From a virus: DNA of 34,736 nt. The notes beneath the pieces are model-generated. The model saw only the letters and a list, made by a program, of their open reading frames with translations, had not been told where the DNA came from and ran no database searches. The stretch spans positions 1 to 34,736 of IMG/VR virus record IMGVR_UViG_3300025543_000006; one strand, given 5' to 3'. Shown piece after piece: positions 25,177 to 31,274 of this stretch. Each line of letters opens with the position of its first letter. The first letter of the stretch is position 1. Both the position numbers and the translations under genes were made by a program.

Positions 25177-25428
25177 TTAGAATGGCATATCGTCGTCGAG
25201 TTCAGGCGCTGGCGCTGACTTGGCTACTGGCTTGGCGGCTTGTTGGTCTTTCGGCTTAAAGCTAAAAGACATAAACTTTTTGCCGTTGCTGGAAGTCTTG
25301 AGCCATGCGCTCATCCACACCTCTTGGCCTCCAACCATTGCGGAGCCGTTGTAATCTGGGTGGTTGTCGGTCTCTTTCTTGTCGTTCTTGAAAAGTGAGC
25401 CGCTGTTATCGCGTTGTTCGTATGCCAT
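25177..25428 (-). CDS. Short SSB-like protein with a canonical acidic C-terminal tip.
   Basis: 83 aa, ending PAPELDDDMPF (bacterial SSB tails end DDDIPF). The N-terminal part RDNSGSLFKNDKKETDNHPDYNGS resembles phage mini-OB proteins. Confidence 0.6.
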   Translation of the reverse strand: MAYEQRDNSGSLFKNDKKETDNHPDYNGSAMVGGQEVWMSAWLKTSSNGKKFMSFSFKPKDQQAAKPVAKSAPAPELDDDMPF

Positions 25429-25761
25429 TTAGTTTCCTTGGTTAGTGACAGCCACCATGACTGCCTGTTGTTTACCTGAACGTCCCAGACGCTTTTCGCC
25501 TGTTAGCTGTACAAGTCCCTTTCGCTTGAGTGCCGCAAACCGAGCCGTCACGCTGGAATACGGCAACCAAGACAATTCATTGAGCACATCATCTTGAATG
25601 CACCCGTCTCCTTTAAAGCAGACAATGATGTCGTAGACCTGCTTTTCCAGACCCTTGGAGTCCACGGCTTTCGCCGCCGCCACCGAGGTGTCTGGTGAGT
25701 CTTTTCTGGCAAGCCACTTCCAGAACGTACCGAACACGGCTTTCTGTTGTGTCTCAGTCAT
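25429..25761 (-). CDS. Winged-helix DNA-binding protein.
   Basis: 110 aa with the wHTH-like pattern DVLNELSWLPYSSVTARFAALKRKGLVQLTGEKR. Confidence 0.55.
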   Translation of the reverse strand: MTETQQKAVFGTFWKWLARKDSPDTSVAAAKAVDSKGLEKQVYDIIVCFKGDGCIQDDVLNELSWLPYSSVTARFAALKRKGLVQLTGEKRLGRSGKQQAVMVAVTNQGN

Positions 25762-26366
25762 TTCGCCGCCTTTAGTGCTGACTTTGTTTTGGAATCAAGA
25801 TAAGTCCAGAAGGCTCTGTATTGAGGCTCCTCCAAACATTTTGAAGCGACAAGTTCGTAAGCCTCTCTTGGATTTACCTTGCAAAGTTCGGTTGTTTCAT
25901 AAGCAAGTTCTTCAAGATCAAGCAATTCTTCCGCTGATACGTTTTCTCTTGCGCCTTGGTTGGGCGTGATAATTGGCGCTGGCTTTTCTTCCATCGGCTT
26001 GCTGGCGTCCAGAATGTCATGCTCGACAATTTCCATTGCCGCCATCCATAAGTAACGGCGGTTATAGGTCTCGACCGCGCCAAGGTTCTGGATTGGGTGC
26101 GTGCCTTTAAGGTTGGCCTCTGCCATTGGGCTAGTAATCAGGATTTCACCGCCGCCATCAACGTCTGTGATGGTCAGGGTAGCCAAGTCCTTGCCAAACG
26201 ATACAAAGCCGCACAGACCGATCTGGTGGAATATGTCCTGAATGGTTGGCAGGAAGTCTCCAAGTTCAAAGTAAGAGTAGCCAGCGAACTTGTTCTTGCC
26301 TGACTTGCTCAGTTTCGTGCCTTGCAGTTGGATGCGTGCCTGCATCAGTTTTTTATGAACGCTCAT
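25758..26366 (-). CDS. erf: ERF-family single-strand annealing recombinase.
   Basis: 202 aa. KSGKNKFAGYSYFELGDFLPTIQ and LGAVETYNRRYLWMAAMEI match the P22 Erf-type layout, from memory. Confidence 0.75.
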   Translation of the reverse strand: MSVHKKLMQARIQLQGTKLSKSGKNKFAGYSYFELGDFLPTIQDIFHQIGLCGFVSFGKDLATLTITDVDGGGEILITSPMAEANLKGTHPIQNLGAVETYNRRYLWMAAMEIVEHDILDASKPMEEKPAPIITPNQGARENVSAEELLDLEELAYETTELCKVNPREAYELVASKCLEEPQYRAFWTYLDSKTKSALKAAK

Positions 26367-26557
26367 TTGAATTCCCTTTTGATTTCGTCAAACAACTCAC
26401 CACCAAAAATAGTGCCCTCAAAGTGCGGCATATCCTCATTCTCAATAGCCTCCTCCAAGTCCATCACAGCATCGATGTAGAACGATGAGTATGGGTCTAC
26501 CAACGTCTTGAGCAAAGCCTGACCTTGCTCATTTAACGTGTAAAGTTTCTTTGCCAT
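26363..26557 (-). CDS. Hypothetical 64-aa acidic protein.
   Basis: Track ORF with GGGAGAAG upstream and an ATGA overlap with erf. Confidence 0.6.
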   Translation of the reverse strand: MAKKLYTLNEQGQALLKTLVDPYSSFYIDAVMDLEEAIENEDMPHFEGTIFGGELFDEIKREFK

Positions 26558-26594
26558 AACTTCTCCCTTTTGAAAACGGCTACTTGTATTTCAC

Positions 26595-26626
26595 CACAAA
26601 AAACTACCAAATCGACTAAGTAGTTT
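26595..26626 (-). terminator. Weak A/T-rich hairpin plus T-run (- strand).
   Basis: On the - strand: AAACTAC, a 12-nt loop, GTAGTTT, then TTTTG. The + strand arms are at 26601-26607 and 26620-26626. Confidence 0.35.
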
Positions 26627-26639
26627 CCCTAATAGACAA

Positions 26640-26655
26640 CAGGGCTTTCGCCCTG
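26640..26655 (-). other. GNRA-tetraloop hairpin 5 nt after a stop codon.
   Basis: On the - strand: CAGGGC GAAA GCCCTG. It shares the 12-mer GGGCGAAAGCCC with 26948-26961. Confidence 0.6.
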
Positions 26656-26660
26656 CTGGA

Positions 26661-26927
26661 TTAGTTGTACTTCTTGATAAGCGCCTTGAGTTTGCGTACC
26701 TCACCACGCGCCCACTTCTGGTCATAAGGCCCATCCTGCAAATCACCCGATAAAGCGTCGCCGTTAATGTGTCCAGCCTCATGGAACGTGGACAAAACGT
26801 ACTCGGCCTCATGCACGATTTCGGCATCGGTGTAGTCTTCAATTTCTTTGCTGTCGTCGGCAGATATGCCTTCCAACGTCGCGTACAACTCATCAATGTT
26901 AACCGCCGCTTTGATGATTGCTCTCAT
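26661..26927 (-). CDS. Hypothetical 88-aa acidic protein.
   Basis: Track ORF with AGGGAG 9 nt upstream. Confidence 0.65.
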   Translation of the reverse strand: MRAIIKAAVNIDELYATLEGISADDSKEIEDYTDAEIVHEAEYVLSTFHEAGHINGDALSGDLQDGPYDQKWARGEVRKLKALIKKYN

Positions 26928-26947
26928 GTTGCTATCTCCCTAAAAGT

Positions 26948-26961
26948 GGGGCTTTCGCCCC
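26948..26961 (-). other. GNRA-tetraloop hairpin between cistrons.
   Basis: On the - strand: GGGGC GAAA GCCCC, followed by ACTTTTAGGGAG and the next ATG. Confidence 0.6.
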
Positions 26962-26968
26962 GTTGGTT

Positions 26969-27313
26969 TTACTCTGCTATCGGGTCAAAAATCGCGGCGT
27001 CAGTGTAGTCGCCAAGAATGCGTGTCTTGTACAGACCGCCGTTGATGCGAACAATGTCTCCATCACGCACAGGCTCCTCAAGCCGCAGGCGCTGGCGCTC
27101 TGCGATCTCCTCATCGGTGTAGCTTGATTGAATGCAAATACTTTTTTGCAACGCCCAAAATATGCCGTCGTCCCGATCTTGGTAGCCAAGGCGCATAACG
27201 CACTTGAGTGTTCTTACGCGGCTAAAGCCAGAGAACTCTAGGCTAAAGACCACATCACGATTACGCATATCGGTGTTAAATGCGATTTCGCGGATTGTTT
27301 CGGTTGCGTTCAT
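26969..27313 (-). CDS. Hypothetical 114-aa protein, the first gene of the early-left operon.
   Basis: I chose internal ATG 27313 of track ORF 26969..27367 (MNATETIRE...), with CAGGAG upstream. Confidence 0.65.
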   Translation of the reverse strand: MNATETIREIAFNTDMRNRDVVFSLEFSGFSRVRTLKCVMRLGYQDRDDGIFWALQKSICIQSSYTDEEIAERQRLRLEEPVRDGDIVRINGGLYKTRILGDYTDAAIFDPIAE

Positions 27314-27390
27314 TTGGATACTCCTGTTGTGTTGCGATGTGTTAATTATGGCATAGAAAAAACACAATCTGCTCTAGGGGTTTTCCCTAA
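27314..27390 (-). promoter_or_regulatory. Leftward promoter/operator/leader module B (paralogue of 24934-25032).
   Basis: On the - strand it reads TTAGGGAAAACCCCTAGAG box (near-palindrome TAGGG-N5-CCCTA at 27376-27389), extended -10 TGcCATAAT (27345-27353), CATCGCAACACAA, CAGGAG, then ATG. TGTGTT/AACACA half-sites sit at 27328, 27338 and 27361. Confidence 0.55.
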
Positions 27391-27419
27391 TTTTCAAAAA
27401 TAATTTTGTGGGTCATAGT
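27391..27419 (+). promoter_or_regulatory. Candidate rightward early promoter.
   Basis: TTTTCA (27391-96), a 17-nt spacer, then CATAGT (27414-19). It lies upstream of AGGAGG and GTG 27442. Both hexamers are weak. Confidence 0.3.
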
Positions 27420-27441
27420 TGAGGCAACATAGGAGGCGACC

Positions 27442-27615
27442 GTGGAAACTTGGAATAACTTTATGGCAGACTTAAACGCGCTGGTGCGGCAACAGCCCGA
27501 CACAGAGATTGAGGCTGTGCTGTGGCTGAACAGCCTGATGTACAACGCTCACCAAGCGATTGAGACTATCCAGCGCAACGACTTAAACAAGGAAAACTTT
27601 GGAGGCACAGACTGA
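27442..27615 (+). CDS. Hypothetical 57-aa protein with a GTG start (not in the ORF track).
   Basis: AGGAGG (27431-36) lies 5 nt upstream of GTG. Own translation: (M)ETWNNFMADLNALVRQQPDTEIEAVLWLNSLMYNAHQAIETIQRNDLNKENFGGTD. Its stop overlaps the next ATG (TGATG). Confidence 0.55.
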   Translation: METWNNFMADLNALVRQQPDTEIEAVLWLNSLMYNAHQAIETIQRNDLNKENFGGTD

Positions 27616-27821
27616 TGCACGACCCAGTAAACAACCCAGCGCACTACATGGCTCACCCCAGCCACGTTGAGTGCATAGACATAACCGAGCACATGAACTT
27701 CTGTCTTGGCAACGCTGTCAAATACATCTGGCGCGCCGACCTCAAGAACGACGCCATTGAAGACTTGGAAAAAGCGGTTTGGTATTTACAACGTGAGATC
27801 GGACGGCGCTCAAAATCGTGA
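27615..27821 (+). CDS. DUF3310-family protein.
   Basis: 68 aa. NPAHYMAHPSHVECIDITEHMNFCLGNAVKYIWRADLKNDAIEDLEKA matches the DUF3310 pattern, from memory. Confidence 0.7.
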   Translation: MHDPVNNPAHYMAHPSHVECIDITEHMNFCLGNAVKYIWRADLKNDAIEDLEKAVWYLQREIGRRSKS

Positions 27822-27904
27822 TATAGTTAAGTGAGACACGGCTAGATCGGACTAATTACCCGATCGAATGGAGTTCCTCCCTCTCCCGCCGTTGTTTCTT
27901 TTTT
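27819..27904 (+). ncRNA. Candidate small structured RNA or leader-attenuator: extended -10 promoter, about 70 nt of multi-hairpin RNA, then a U-run.
   Basis: The promoter is TGATATAGT (27819-27827). The closing stem is ACGGC (27838-42) with GCCGT (27888-92). The inner hairpins are GATCGG-N9-CCGATC (27845-65) and GGAG-TTC-CTCC (27870-80). There is a C/U tract CCTCCCTCTCCC, then TGTTTCTTTTTT. Confidence 0.35.
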
Positions 27905-27928
27905 AGGGAGCGTTTAAAAAGGTGAGCA

Positions 27929-28714
27929 ATGTTCTACTACTCATTTAACATCGGTGACTACCAGAGTCACACATCGCACCTTTCCGAAATGGAAGACCTT
28001 GCATACCGCCGTATGCTTGATTGGTGCTACCTCCACGAAAAACCACTGCCCGACGAAGTTGATGAGATAGCGAGGCAGATAAGGATGCGTTCGCATAGCG
28101 ATTGCATTGCGGTCGTATTGCGAGAGTATTTCGTTCGCATTGATGACGGCTGGGTTTCAGAGCGAGTTCAGTTTGAGTTATCCAAGATAGCAGACAAGTC
28201 AGACAAGGCTCGCAAGTCCGCAGAGGCACGTTGGAGTACAAAGAAGACCAATGCGAACGCATCAGAAACGCATAACGGTCGCAATGCTATACCAATACAC
28301 CAAGACACCAATACACAAATACACAAAGTAAGAGCAACTGCCGTTGCACCGCCTGACGGCGTATCACAATCTGTTTGGGATGATTTTGTCAAACAGCGCA
28401 AAGCTAAGAAGGCTCCTGTCAGCGATACGGTCATCACGAAGATTCGCAACCAAGCAGAAAAGGCTGGCTGGTCACTTGAGGACGCCTTGGCAGAAATATG
28501 CGCTAGGGGATGGACTGGGTTTAACGCTGAATGGGTGAAAGAAAAGCAGACGTTTGCCCAAGTTGCCGCTGACGTGGCTCGGACTACTGTGCCAGCACCA
28601 GCCAACCAAGACGCCGCGTTAAAAAGCATAATCGCCGACCGTGAGAACTGTTCACCTCCACCAGCGCACATCCGCGAGATGATGAAAGGTATTCTGGGGG
28701 TGAAAAATGCGTAA
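27929..28714 (+). CDS. DUF1376 (YdaU-like) replication initiation/primosome-organising protein.
   Basis: 261 aa. The N-terminus FNIGDYQSHTSHLSEMEDLAYRRMLDWCYLHEKPLP is the DUF1376 signature, from memory. The C-terminal part reads SVWDDFVKQRKAKKAP...AGWSLEDALAEICARGWTGFNAEW. Confidence 0.7.
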   Translation: MFYYSFNIGDYQSHTSHLSEMEDLAYRRMLDWCYLHEKPLPDEVDEIARQIRMRSHSDCIAVVLREYFVRIDDGWVSERVQFELSKIADKSDKARKSAEARWSTKKTNANASETHNGRNAIPIHQDTNTQIHKVRATAVAPPDGVSQSVWDDFVKQRKAKKAPVSDTVITKIRNQAEKAGWSLEDALAEICARGWTGFNAEWVKEKQTFAQVAADVARTTVPAPANQDAALKSIIADRENCSPPPAHIREMMKGILGVKNA

Positions 28715-29174
28715 GCGCTCGAAGTACAAACCAAAAGGCGTTAGGTTGGACGCAATGCACTGGGTGGTCAGCGGGATGACAAAGGTATCCGCAAAGGAAT
28801 CTGAGTACGTCACGATGCATCTGAAAAACATGAGTGCGCTTGACTCGCTGACAAAAGGCACGGCAACACGACAAGAAGCCGACATCATTATCGGGGTCAT
28901 AAACGTCGCTGAGGCGCTTTGTATGCTTGGGGTAGGGTCAGAGTACCGTCAGCTAGTTTTAGACGCTTCTAGCGCCCTCTACGACGTTTGCAAGCGGTCT
29001 CTTGAGTTAAACGATAGGTTCATCTGCACCGGAGTTGAGTTGACGTCCATTAAGGTTGGATTTGAAGTCCACGACGCTCAGTTGGAGGTGTGTACCTTGG
29101 CGATGCTTGACAAAGCCTTAGACACAATCGCGGCTACATTGAAACAAAAAAAGGGGAAGATTATCAATGCCTAG
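28707..29174 (+). CDS. Hypothetical 155-aa protein.
   Basis: Track ORF with an 8-nt overlap upstream and GGGGTG as SD. Confidence 0.65.
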   Translation: MRKRSKYKPKGVRLDAMHWVVSGMTKVSAKESEYVTMHLKNMSALDSLTKGTATRQEADIIIGVINVAEALCMLGVGSEYRQLVLDASSALYDVCKRSLELNDRFICTGVELTSIKVGFEVHDAQLEVCTLAMLDKALDTIAATLKQKKGKIINA

Positions 29175-29550
29175 AAAACTGGTACAGATTGACCATGCGA
29201 TGCTCTGTAAAACAATTAGAATTTTTGAGTTTCAAGAAAAGAAATACAGCGCGCATGACTTGGCTGATGATTTGCAAATAGCCATTTTGACTTCTTGGAG
29301 GTGGTGTCGCGCTTTACACGCATATGACATCATCCATATCTGTGATTGGCGGCAAGACAAGCTAGGCCGTTATCAAACGCCTGTGTACGGCTGGGGTAGT
29401 AAATTAGACAAACCAAAGCCGCGCAAAACCAATTTAGACAGGCGGCTTGAGTACGAGCGCAGGAAAGAGGAGCGAAAGCAAGCAAGAGTAGAAAAGAAAG
29501 AAAGGGCAGAAGAAAATGCACGAATATCTGAAGGAGCAAATATATGTTGA
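29167..29550 (+). CDS. Hypothetical protein with a K/E/R-rich C-terminus, possibly DNA-binding.
   Basis: 127 aa with an 8-nt overlap upstream. The tail reads RRLEYERRKEERKQARVEKKERAEE. Confidence 0.6.
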   Translation: MPRKLVQIDHAMLCKTIRIFEFQEKKYSAHDLADDLQIAILTSWRWCRALHAYDIIHICDWRQDKLGRYQTPVYGWGSKLDKPKPRKTNLDRRLEYERRKEERKQARVEKKERAEENARISEGANIC

Positions 29551-29645
29551 TTTCATGGTCGGTTTGGTTTTTATATTTATCGTTCATACTGTTTGTTTTT
29601 ATGCTGGCGTTGCTTATGCACTCGCGTGCGGGTGACTACGAATGA
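29544..29645 (+). CDS. 33-aa single-pass membrane micro-protein (not in the ORF track).
   Basis: AAGGAG (29531-36) lies 7 nt upstream of ATG 29544. Own translation: MLISWSVWFLYLSFILFVFMLALLMHSRAGDYE. Its stop overlaps the next start (ATGA). Confidence 0.5.
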   Translation: MLISWSVWFLYLSFILFVFMLALLMHSRAGDYE

Positions 29646-29908
29646 GCACAATAAACAAACCACAAAACCCAGTAGCTTGGGTAACTTCCGAATCTCTGCG
29701 AAGTTTGCAAAGGGGTGGCAACAGAAAAGGTACTGTACCAGTTCACGGAGCACCAAGTTATAAGTCAAATTCACCTTTGTACGCAGAACCGCAAAAACGT
29801 GAATGGGTTGGGCTGACGGATGAGGAGATTGAAAAGTGCATCGCACTTGCAAACCCAATAGCAATTTTTGAAGAAGTTGAGGCCAAGCTGAAAGCGAAGA
29901 ACACATGA
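29642..29908 (+). CDS. Hypothetical 88-aa protein.
   Basis: Track ORF. Confidence 0.6.
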   Translation: MSTINKPQNPVAWVTSESLRSLQRGGNRKGTVPVHGAPSYKSNSPLYAEPQKREWVGLTDEEIEKCIALANPIAIFEEVEAKLKAKNT

Positions 29909-30024
29909 GCAAAACACTAGCCAACAAAATATTAGATAGGATTCGTGATGGTGCAATCTACCCTCCCCACGTCGTTGACGAAGCCCTCAAAGCAACGGGC
30001 GACTTGGAAATCCCCATTTACTGA
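29905..30024 (+). CDS. 39-aa hypothetical protein (not in the ORF track).
   Basis: It has an ATGA overlap with the upstream stop. Own translation: MSKTLANKILDRIRDGAIYPPHVVDEALKATGDLEIPIY. Confidence 0.4.
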   Translation: MSKTLANKILDRIRDGAIYPPHVVDEALKATGDLEIPIY

Positions 30025-30322
30025 TGAGCAACGCGCCCACTTTGAAAAGATTGCCGCACAGCAAAAGCGAATTGACGATATGGCAACGGCGCGTGAGTTG
30101 GTGCAGATGTTTTACGCCAGAGACAAGGCCGAGCGCAACACTTGGCTACGGGAGGCGTTAAACCGCATCGCTAGTAAGCGGGGTTCTGGGTACGCTAACA
30201 CCATCCGTACGATGATGACAGCCGTTAGGGAGAACGAATTTGAAAATGACATTACGGAACAGCCAGCAGGGGGTGGAGCAGATGCGCCAACTGTGGGAAA
30301 AGATGAAGCCAGCGCTGGATAG
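29948..30322 (+). CDS. Hypothetical protein with an uncertain start.
   Basis: Track ORF 29945..30322. The part from TDEQRAHFEKIAAQQKR onward looks genuine. The first ~25 codons overlap 29905-30024 and look non-coding-like. Confidence 0.45.
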   Translation: MVQSTLPTSLTKPSKQRATWKSPFTDEQRAHFEKIAAQQKRIDDMATARELVQMFYARDKAERNTWLREALNRIASKRGSGYANTIRTMMTAVRENEFENDITEQPAGGGADAPTVGKDEASAG

Positions 30323-30647
30323 CGGTGTTGCTTTGGTGGTTCAAGTTGACAAGGAAACCCGCACGCAAGACCAAAACGCGCTGTATCATTCCATCATCAA
30401 CCAGATCGCTAAACAGGCTCGCCATTTGGGTTCTACTTGGGACACCGAATCTTGGAAGCGACTTCTGGTTGATACCTACACCAGAGAGATTGGGAAAAGT
30501 TCGGGGCAAGTCATTCCCAATTTGACAGGGGATGGTATTGTCCAATTGGGTCTTCAAACACGAAAATTTACAAAAGCACAAGCCTCAGAGTTTTCAGAGT
30601 GGTTGATGGCTTGGTGTGCTGAGAATGGGGTAACCATCCATGAGTAA
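30240..30647 (+). CDS. ninB: NinB/Orf-family recombination mediator.
   Basis: 135 aa. DQNALYHSIINQIA, WDTESWKRLLV and VIPNLTGDGIVQLG align with lambda NinB, with the DQN motif at the same residue index. The start is TTG 30240 (AGGGAG 7 nt upstream) or ATG 30246. Confidence 0.75.
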   Translation: MKMTLRNSQQGVEQMRQLWEKMKPALDSGVALVVQVDKETRTQDQNALYHSIINQIAKQARHLGSTWDTESWKRLLVDTYTREIGKSSGQVIPNLTGDGIVQLGLQTRKFTKAQASEFSEWLMAWCAENGVTIHE

Positions 30648-31182
30648 GAAGTGCAAGTCCTGCGGCATCCCATTCACTCCTGTCAGGCCGATGCAAAAAG
30701 TGTGTAGCCCAGTCTGCGCTATGAAAGTCGCAAGGCAGGTGGTTGACAAGGCTGAAAGAAAAGAAACCAAGCTAAAGTTGGACGCCATGCAGACCAAGCC
30801 TCAACTGGTCAAGAAAGCCCAAACAGCTTTTAACGCTTACATCAGGGCGAGAGATGTGGGAAAGCCTTGCATAAGCTGTGATAAACCTTTGGACGGCGGC
30901 GCTAACACTTTTGATGCTGGGCACTATCGCTCGGTTGGCTCTGCGCCACATATGCGGTTTGTGGAGGACAACGTCCACGGTCAATGCAAACATTGCAACA
31001 ACTGGCTGGCAGGCAACCACGTTGAGTACCGCAAGCGCCTACTGGAGCGAATAGGTGAAAGGCAATTGGAACTTCTAGAGACTGACGGTACTCTAAGGAA
31101 ATACACCAAAGAAGCCTTGATTGAGATAGCCAGACACTACAACGAACAGGCTAGACAACTGACCAAAGAGGGTCTAAACTGA
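30640..31182 (+). CDS. ninG: NinG/Rap-family recombination endonuclease.
   Basis: 180 aa. CKSCGIPF...VCSPVC, AFNAYIRARDVGKPCISC, FDAGHYRS and HGQCKHCN match lambda NinG, from memory. Confidence 0.8.
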   Translation: MSKKCKSCGIPFTPVRPMQKVCSPVCAMKVARQVVDKAERKETKLKLDAMQTKPQLVKKAQTAFNAYIRARDVGKPCISCDKPLDGGANTFDAGHYRSVGSAPHMRFVEDNVHGQCKHCNNWLAGNHVEYRKRLLERIGERQLELLETDGTLRKYTKEALIEIARHYNEQARQLTKEGLN

Positions 31183-31196
31183 ACCTACTTCTCCTT

Positions 31197-31243
31197 GTTG
31201 GTCTAACCAACTTACGCCTGCCCTTGCGGTGGGCGTCTTTTTT
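31197..31243 (+). terminator. Terminator of the early-right operon (two hairpins plus a T-run).
   Basis: The first hairpin is GTTGG-TCTAA-CCAAC (31197-31211). The second is ACGCCTGCC-CTTGC-GGTGGGCGT (31214-31236, with two G-U pairs), followed by CTTTTTT. Confidence 0.7.
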
Positions 31244-31251
31244 GGTAAAAT
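31224..31251 (+). promoter_or_regulatory. Candidate late promoter with an extended -10.
   Basis: TTGCGG (31224-29), a 16-nt spacer, then TGgTAAAAT (31243-51). The 14-mer TGGTAAAATAGTGA resembles TGGTAATATAGAGA at 33947. Confidence 0.45.
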
Positions 31252-31274
31252 AGTGAAAACTACTTGGGCTACCT

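Noticed and set aside
24160-26303. + strand track ORFs inside the leftward operon: 24160..24411, 24360..24548, 24671..24961, 24808..25032, 25655..25969 and 26097..26303.
   Set aside because: They run opposite to a continuous chain of SD-preceded, translationally coupled - strand genes (erf, SSB-like, RHH, etc.). They have no SD sequences and span promoter or terminator elements.
26930-26946. TTTTAGGGAGA, also TTTTAGGGAGC at 27901 and TTAGGGAGA at 30225, resembles the 3' end of T7/T3-type phage RNA polymerase promoters (…TATAGGGAGA).
   Set aside because: No single-subunit RNA polymerase gene exists in the genome. The upstream 15 nt are not conserved between copies. In each case AGGGAG sits at Shine-Dalgarno distance from a start codon or just after a hairpin.
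27838-27892. A tRNA-like appearance: a closing stem plus two internal hairpins, with GGAGTTCCTCC resembling a T-arm. This could be a tRNA or a tRNA-derived attP core.
   Set aside because: The stem and loop sizes do not fit a cloverleaf. The stems are 6 bp with a 9-nt loop and 4 bp with a 3-nt loop. There is no D-arm, no 7-bp acceptor stem and no TTCGAAT-type loop. No integrase is present to use an attP.
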